From an uncultured Verrucomicrobiae bacterium (GTDB taxonomy: Bacteria > Verrucomicrobiota > Verrucomicrobiia > Palsa-1439): a stretch of DNA of 64,000 bases. Under the pieces are notes generated by a model. The model was not told where the DNA came from. It was given only the letters and a program-made list of their open reading frames with translations, and searched no databases. Positions 58,793-64,000 of this stretch are shown here, piece by piece; positions within the stretch are counted from its first letter, which is position 1; each line of letters begins with the position of its first letter. Location of the stretch: assembly GCA_963812605.1 (NCBI GenBank), contig CAWEWF010000014.1:448001-512000 (forward strand), written 5' to 3'. The position numbers were made by a program, and so were the translations under genes.

Positions 58793-59942
58793 AGGGACAG
58801 CTCCCACACGATGGACGTTAACGCTTGAAACACGCCGACGGCGACCAGGCCGACGAAGGCGCCATTGAGAATCACCAGGACCGTGGTGACAATCTGCGAC
58901 GCCGCTTGTTCCTGCTGAAATGCCTTCGCATCCAACGCCTCGTGCCAGCCAGCTAGCGCTGCGCGAAAACCAGTTTGTCCATGGACCGCATTGGTCAAGC
59001 GCCAGCGGAACTCGCCGCCATCATCCAAGACAGCCATGGCATCCGTCAAAGGCACACCCTGTTGAAGCTTCCGCATGATCGCGTCGCCGCGGCGAATAAA
59101 AACGTCATTATCGGTGCTGGCCGCGGCGAGCTGTACGGCTTTCGACTCCGGTAGATTGGCGTCCAGCAGGATGGCCAGTGTCGCCGAGAAATCCCTCAGC
59201 AACTGCTTTCGCCGCCAAGGCAACTTCCAAGCCAGGCGATCGGCCATTGGTTTCAGAATCGGATTAAGCCAACGCAACAGCCATGTCGTCCGTCCGTACA
59301 TGGCGCCGACCACGCAAAGCATGAGCAGCAGGACGAGCTGGGCGCCGATAAACCAGGAAGGCGATGTGCGTAGAAAAACTCGAACAACGGCGGAAACGTT
59401 CCGCCAAAGTCTTCCGTAATTTCGCGAAACTTTGGAAGAATCACGATGGCGATAAAGGAAGGAATGACCACGGCGGCTGGACTGAGGACGACGAACAGGA
59501 TGATTATATAGTTGACGAGTTTCAGCGAACGCGAGGCGCCGGTGGTCAGCGTTTTGCGGCAGGCCGCCAGGATCGCGGGGAAAGTGTTGGCGTGTTCCCC
59601 TGTCTGCAGCATCGCGACCACCCGCGATGGCAGAAATCCCGGCACACGAGCGAGTGCTTCACCGAGGCGCAACCCATCGCGAAGATATTCTGCCAACTTT
59701 TGAAAACGGCGACCGAGGGTATGATCGCCGCTATCGGCAATTTCCACGACGATTTGCTCGGGACTGTGACCTTCACGAATTCCGCTTTCCAGTAAATCGA
59801 GGAACAGACAGGCCTGCCCCTGTCGTCGCAAGGGCGCGCGCAGGGTAAAGTACACCAGGCAAATGAAAACAACCCAGGAGGCGAGTGGCACGAGCGTCGC
59901 AATCAGGAATTCAGGGCTGCTTGCAAATGTATGTTCATTCAT
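58786..59942 (-). CDS. GspF/PilC-family platform protein, paralogue 2; frameshift near 59360
   Basis: LRDGLRLGEALA...VAMLQTGE; second half FSATLAILLDANLP...GVPLTDAM. Confidence 0.8.
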
Positions 59943-59943
59943 A

Positions 59944-60933
59944 TCAACCCCCCAGGGTGCCAACAGTACGGCTGATCATAGCGATCAAGGTGTACAACTG
60001 GGCGCAGAGCAGGCCGCCAAGGATCAACACTGCCGTCGGAAGGGCCGCATACAATAGGATTTCGGTTCTTTGGAGCGCCCGTGCCTGGTAAATTTCCGCT
60101 GCTCGCTGGAAGCCATCTGCCATGTTCTCTCTCGCGCTCGCCACGATCCAAACAAACAACCCCGGGAATGACAACTCCATCGTCTGCGATTCGTGAAAAG
60201 GCAGTCTGACCTGCCTGCCACCCGGGACTGCCAGACGAGCGAGTTCCTTTCCGCCAGCGCTGCCGTTCTCCATCTGCTGTGCGAGAGCGATAGCATCTGC
60301 CAGCGTGCATCCGCCTTTCAACATCATGGTCATCGCGAAGGCTATGCGTGCCAGGCTGGCTTCGTGAAATGCCGGGGCCCGCCACTGAAGCGATCGCTGA
60401 AAAGAGGGAATGGTTATCACTATAAAAACTGCGACTGTTATTAGCAGCAGGAGGATCAGGGGTGTCCAAAGCAAGGTGACCTCAACTATCGGCAGTTTCG
60501 CGAGCGTGTTGCCAGTCAAGTCCTCAGCGAACGAGTGATAGAACTGGTGGACGAAGAACGTCAACCACACCGACAACGCCACCGTGGCCAGCAGCACGAT
60601 CAGTGGGTAAACCATCAGCCCCTTCAGTCGCATGCCAATCAGGCTGGCGCGTTGGTAATAATCGGCCACCAGCGTCAGCACACCGGGCAGGTCGTTGCTT
60701 TGGACGCCGACCTGGATCATCTGTACGTAGAAGGGCGGCAACTTGCGCGCGGCGAGGGCTTGTTTTATCGGGACACCATTGGCGAGGTCGGCGCGGAGTT
60801 TTTCGAGTTCATCCCGCAGATCGCCGCGGCGCATGGAAGAGCAAAGTTGGCCCAGGGCGCTTTCGAGCGGAATGCCGTCCCGCAACATCGCGGCCAACTG
60901 CTGGTTGAAAAAGGCGAATTCGTCCAGTTTCAT
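59944..60933 (-). CDS. GspF/PilC-family platform protein, paralogue 1
   Basis: FNQQLAAMLRDGIPLESAL, MIQVGVQSNDLPGVL..VADYY, MVYPLIV. Confidence 0.88.
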   Translation of the reverse strand: MKLDEFAFFNQQLAAMLRDGIPLESALGQLCSSMRRGDLRDELEKLRADLANGVPIKQALAARKLPPFYVQMIQVGVQSNDLPGVLTLVADYYQRASLIGMRLKGLMVYPLIVLLATVALSVWLTFFVHQFYHSFAEDLTGNTLAKLPIVEVTLLWTPLILLLLITVAVFIVITIPSFQRSLQWRAPAFHEASLARIAFAMTMMLKGGCTLADAIALAQQMENGSAGGKELARLAVPGGRQVRLPFHESQTMELSFPGLFVWIVASARENMADGFQRAAEIYQARALQRTEILLYAALPTAVLILGGLLCAQLYTLIAMISRTVGTLGG

Positions 60934-61993
60934 GTGCCGAGTACCCTTCGGAGTTCTGCGTCATTGGTGATACCACGTTCGACCAAAGCGCGGCCGGCGG
61001 CTTCGAGGGAGCCGGACGGCGCAATCGACGCCAGTTCATGGGCACGCAGCCGCTCACGCATCGGCTCATCCATCTTGACGCACTCGACCAACGGCGCGCG
61101 GCCCTTGTAACCGGTTCGCAGGCACGACTCGCACCCGTCGCCGCGGCAGGTCGGACAGAGTCGGCGGATCAGGCGCTGATTCAACACCAGACCAATTACG
61201 GAAGCCACCGCGAAACGATCAGGACACATCACCAGCAGGCGTTCGAACACGCCACGGCACGAGCCGGCGTGCAGAGTGGAGATCACCAAATGCCCGGTGA
61301 GCGCAGCTCGTACAGCGATGTTGGCGGTCTCTTCGTCACGGATTTCGCCGATGACGAGGACTTGCGGGTCCTGGCGCAACAGGTGACGCGCTGCCTTTGA
61401 AAACGTCAGGCCGCGCGCGTCATTGACTTCCGTCTGCATCACGCCGGCAACGATCTGCTCGACAGGATCTTCAACGGTAATGATGTGGCGGCCGCCCAAA
61501 TCGAGAAGCTGCCGCAGGCAGGCGTAAATGGTCGTCGTCTTACCGCTACCGGCTGTCCCGTCAACAACAAGAGGCCTGCGGTTTGTCGCAAAAACGCCTC
61601 TAGTTCCGCGCAAATCGCCTCGGGAAAACTCAACTCATGCAAAGTCGGCGCGGTGAAGTCGCTGAATAATCGCAAGACGATTTTCTCACCGGTGACGGTG
61701 GGATAGGTCGCCACGCGGATGTCGTGCCGGCCGCCGCCGTCGGCCTTGTCGATACGTCCGTCCTGCGGCAGGGAATCCTGATACGTCTTGAGGCGCGCGA
61801 GGAACTTGATGCGGCCAAAAACATGGTCGGCCAGCTCGGCGGGCAGGTCCGAGACGGGCGAGACGATGCCGTCCAGCCGAAACGCGACCTGGGTTGCGCC
61901 GGCGCATTTCTGTAGATGAATGTCGCTGGCGTTCGCGCGCTCGGCCTGTTGGATCAGGTCCTCCAACACCTTCGGTGCCGAGAGGTCAGACAC
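60930..61993 (-). CDS. Short GspE/PilB/ComGA-family ATPase; frameshift in Walker A near 61557
   Basis: ASDIHL, PQDGRI, DIRVATYPTVTGEKIVLRL, TG(P)AGSGKTTT, TVEDPVE, LRQDP, GEIRD, TGHLVISTLH, CPTC..GCESC. Confidence 0.9.
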
Positions 61994-62080
61994 GCTAGCA
62001 TTGTAACGACTCCGTGGTAAAAAGCAAGTTTGCAGAGGACCGCACAGCCATTGTATGGTGCGCCTTCCACAGGCAAAAAC

Positions 62081-63445
62081 ATGCTGGAGAAAAAGGCCGA
62101 AGAGCAAGTAAAAATGCCCGCTGGGGTGGGGAATGCGTATCTCTTCCAAGTGTTCAACACCATGTCGTATACGATCGTGTTGAGCACGCCGATGATCTTG
62201 TATTTCAAGAAACTTGGCGCGCCCGCCACGGTGCTGGGAATCGTGCTGGCACTGCCGGCGTTGCTTAACATTTTGCAAGTCCCGGCGGCGCAGTTTGTCG
62301 AGACCATGGGATACCGGGCGTTTGTGCTGCGCGGTTGGACGTTACGGGCGGCGTTCGTACTCGCCATGGCGGGCGTGGCGTTATTACCCGGGAAGATCAA
62401 TGCGCTCACCCGCATCGCGCTGTTGTTGCTCCTGCTGTTCGCCTACAACGCGTCGCGCGGCATTTCGTTGTGCGGTTTTTTGCCGTGGGTCACGCAATGG
62501 ATCCCGGAGGAAGTGCGCGGCCGCTATGTTTCGCGCGACCAGATGTCCAGCGCGCTCGCGACGCTGGGCACGATGATCCTCGCGGCGTTTTATCTACTAC
62601 GCCCGGAAGCGAGATTCGCCTACGGGCTACTGTTCTTCGCGAGTTTTCTGGCCGCGATCGTGAGCCTCTGGTTTCTGCGCCGCATTCCCGATGTGCCAGT
62701 GCCGCATTCTTCCGAGAACTCGGAGCGCGCGCCCTACAAGGAGATGCTGCTTCATCCGCCGTTTTTCAGATTGTTGGTTTACAATGTTGTTTTCCTGGTT
62801 GCCCAGGCGGGCTCCGGCGTGTTTTGGATTCCCATGCTCCGGGACTCGTTCGCGGCAACCGACTCGTTGATTCTGGGAATGATGGTGCTCTCGAGTGCGG
62901 TGTCCGCCGTGTGCCTGTGGGGTTCCGGCCATCTCATCGACCGGGTGGGAAGTCGTCCACTCCTGGGCTTGGCCACATTGATTTTTGTCCTGCACCTATG
63001 TTGCTGGTGTTCGGTGGCGGCGCGGGTGCTGCCCTTCAATCTCGCGGCGATTCTCCTGATCCAGTTCACCGCGGGGATCAGCATTTCGCTTTTCAACCTC
63101 GCCAACACACGCCTCGTCATGGCCACGGTGCCGCCGATGGGACGCAGCCATTTCTTTGCCTTGTACACCGTGGTGACGAGCCTTGTGTCCGGTGTGTTCC
63201 CGATTTTCTGGGGTATGCTGCTGGACGCGCTCGCGGGTTGGGGTGCCTGGTGGTCGAAGTGGCAGTGGAACCAATATAGCGTGTCGTACGGCGCCGCAGC
63301 GATCATTACCATCATCGCGCTGGCGCTTCGCAACCGTCTTTCCGAGTCCCGCGCGATGACAACCGACGCGTTCCTGCGGGAATTGCTCGTCGAAACCCCC
63401 AACCGCGCCATCAGCCGTCTCCTCGCACGTCGCCCGCCTTCGTGA
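62081..63445 (+). CDS. MFS transporter
   Basis: About 12 hydrophobic helices, RGRY motif, GHLIDRVGSRP loop; start uncertain (ORF open from 62030). Confidence 0.85.
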   Translation: MLEKKAEEQVKMPAGVGNAYLFQVFNTMSYTIVLSTPMILYFKKLGAPATVLGIVLALPALLNILQVPAAQFVETMGYRAFVLRGWTLRAAFVLAMAGVALLPGKINALTRIALLLLLLFAYNASRGISLCGFLPWVTQWIPEEVRGRYVSRDQMSSALATLGTMILAAFYLLRPEARFAYGLLFFASFLAAIVSLWFLRRIPDVPVPHSSENSERAPYKEMLLHPPFFRLLVYNVVFLVAQAGSGVFWIPMLRDSFAATDSLILGMMVLSSAVSAVCLWGSGHLIDRVGSRPLLGLATLIFVLHLCCWCSVAARVLPFNLAAILLIQFTAGISISLFNLANTRLVMATVPPMGRSHFFALYTVVTSLVSGVFPIFWGMLLDALAGWGAWWSKWQWNQYSVSYGAAAIITIIALALRNRLSESRAMTTDAFLRELLVETPNRAISRLLARRPPS

Positions 63446-63493
63446 GCCGGGACTTGCCCGGAAGGGCAAATCTCCGATATTGTCCTCGGCTGG

Positions 63494-64000
63494 ATGATCG
63501 CACTCGTTGATTACGGGATGGGCAACCTGCGCAGCGTCGAAAAGGCGCTGGCACGGGTCGGCGCCGATGTGCGCATCGTGAGTGACCGCAACTCCGTGCT
63601 GGCCGCAGACGCGCTGGTGCTCCCGGGGGTGGGAGCGTTCGGGGATTGCATGGCCAATCTGGAAAAGATCGGGTTGGTCGAGGCCATCCGCGAATTCATC
63701 GCGACGAAGCGGCCGTTTCTCGGCATCTGTCTCGGATTCCAAGCGCTCTTCGAATCCAGCGAGGAAGCGCCGGGCGTCAAAGGTTTCGCGCTCTTTCCGG
63801 GTACGGTTCCACGATTCGCTGCCAATGGCCTTAAGGTCCCGCACATGGGCTGGAATGAACTGCGAATTCAGCAGGGCGATTGCCCGCTCCTGAAGGATGT
63901 GGCCGACGACAGCTACGTGTATTTCGTGCACAGCTATTACTGCAAACCGAAGGATACATCGGTTGTTTGCGGAACGACCGACTACGGCATCGAGTTTTGC
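63494..64000 (+). CDS. hisH: Imidazole glycerol phosphate synthase subunit HisH (partial)
   Basis: Manual translation MIALVDYGMGNLRSVEKAL...LPGVGAF...LGICLGFQ...KVPHMGWN...YFVHSYY. Confidence 0.95.
   Translation, partial: MIALVDYGMGNLRSVEKALARVGADVRIVSDRNSVLAADALVLPGVGAFGDCMANLEKIGLVEAIREFIATKRPFLGICLGFQALFESSEEAPGVKGFALFPGTVPRFAANGLKVPHMGWNELRIQQGDCPLLKDVADDSYVYFVHSYYCKPKDTSVVCGTTDYGIEFC

Overview
A GC-rich bacterial chromosome segment, most consistent with Verrucomicrobiota (inferred from gene style: N-terminal Zn-ribbon proteins, FYR-tailed secreted proteins, a TPR-bearing Ser/Thr kinase, a chromosomal CII-like gene). Housekeeping blocks include mazG, alr, thiL-tsaE-tsaB, ridA-lptD-ugd, mgtA, tig-clpP-clpX and hisH. 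They are interleaved with accessory material: (1) a NucS-like nuclease; (2) a Zn-finger/LemA/HtpX operon; (3) an NrtR-SPFH-NAD-kinase-like operon with two clear NrtR boxes; (4) a large S53 protease; (5) a ~1220-aa secreted protein that carries its putative export module near the N-terminus and is followed by a tightly linked partner gene, a polymorphic toxin/immunity-like layout; (6) a defence islet (VapBC, type ISP R-M remnant, HEPN protein, Zn-ribbon-ankyrin-HNH protein); (7) a fused sugar ABC system; (8) a minimal type IV filament/T2SS-like cluster with two GspF paralogues and no secretin or major pilin. A 139-bp MITE with an 8-bp target duplication and several REP-like palindrome clusters are visible. 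About ten single-base frameshifts, including one in clpX, are best explained as long-read assembly errors. I found no rRNA, tRNA or CRISPR array. All family calls come from motif recognition by eye, not database searches.
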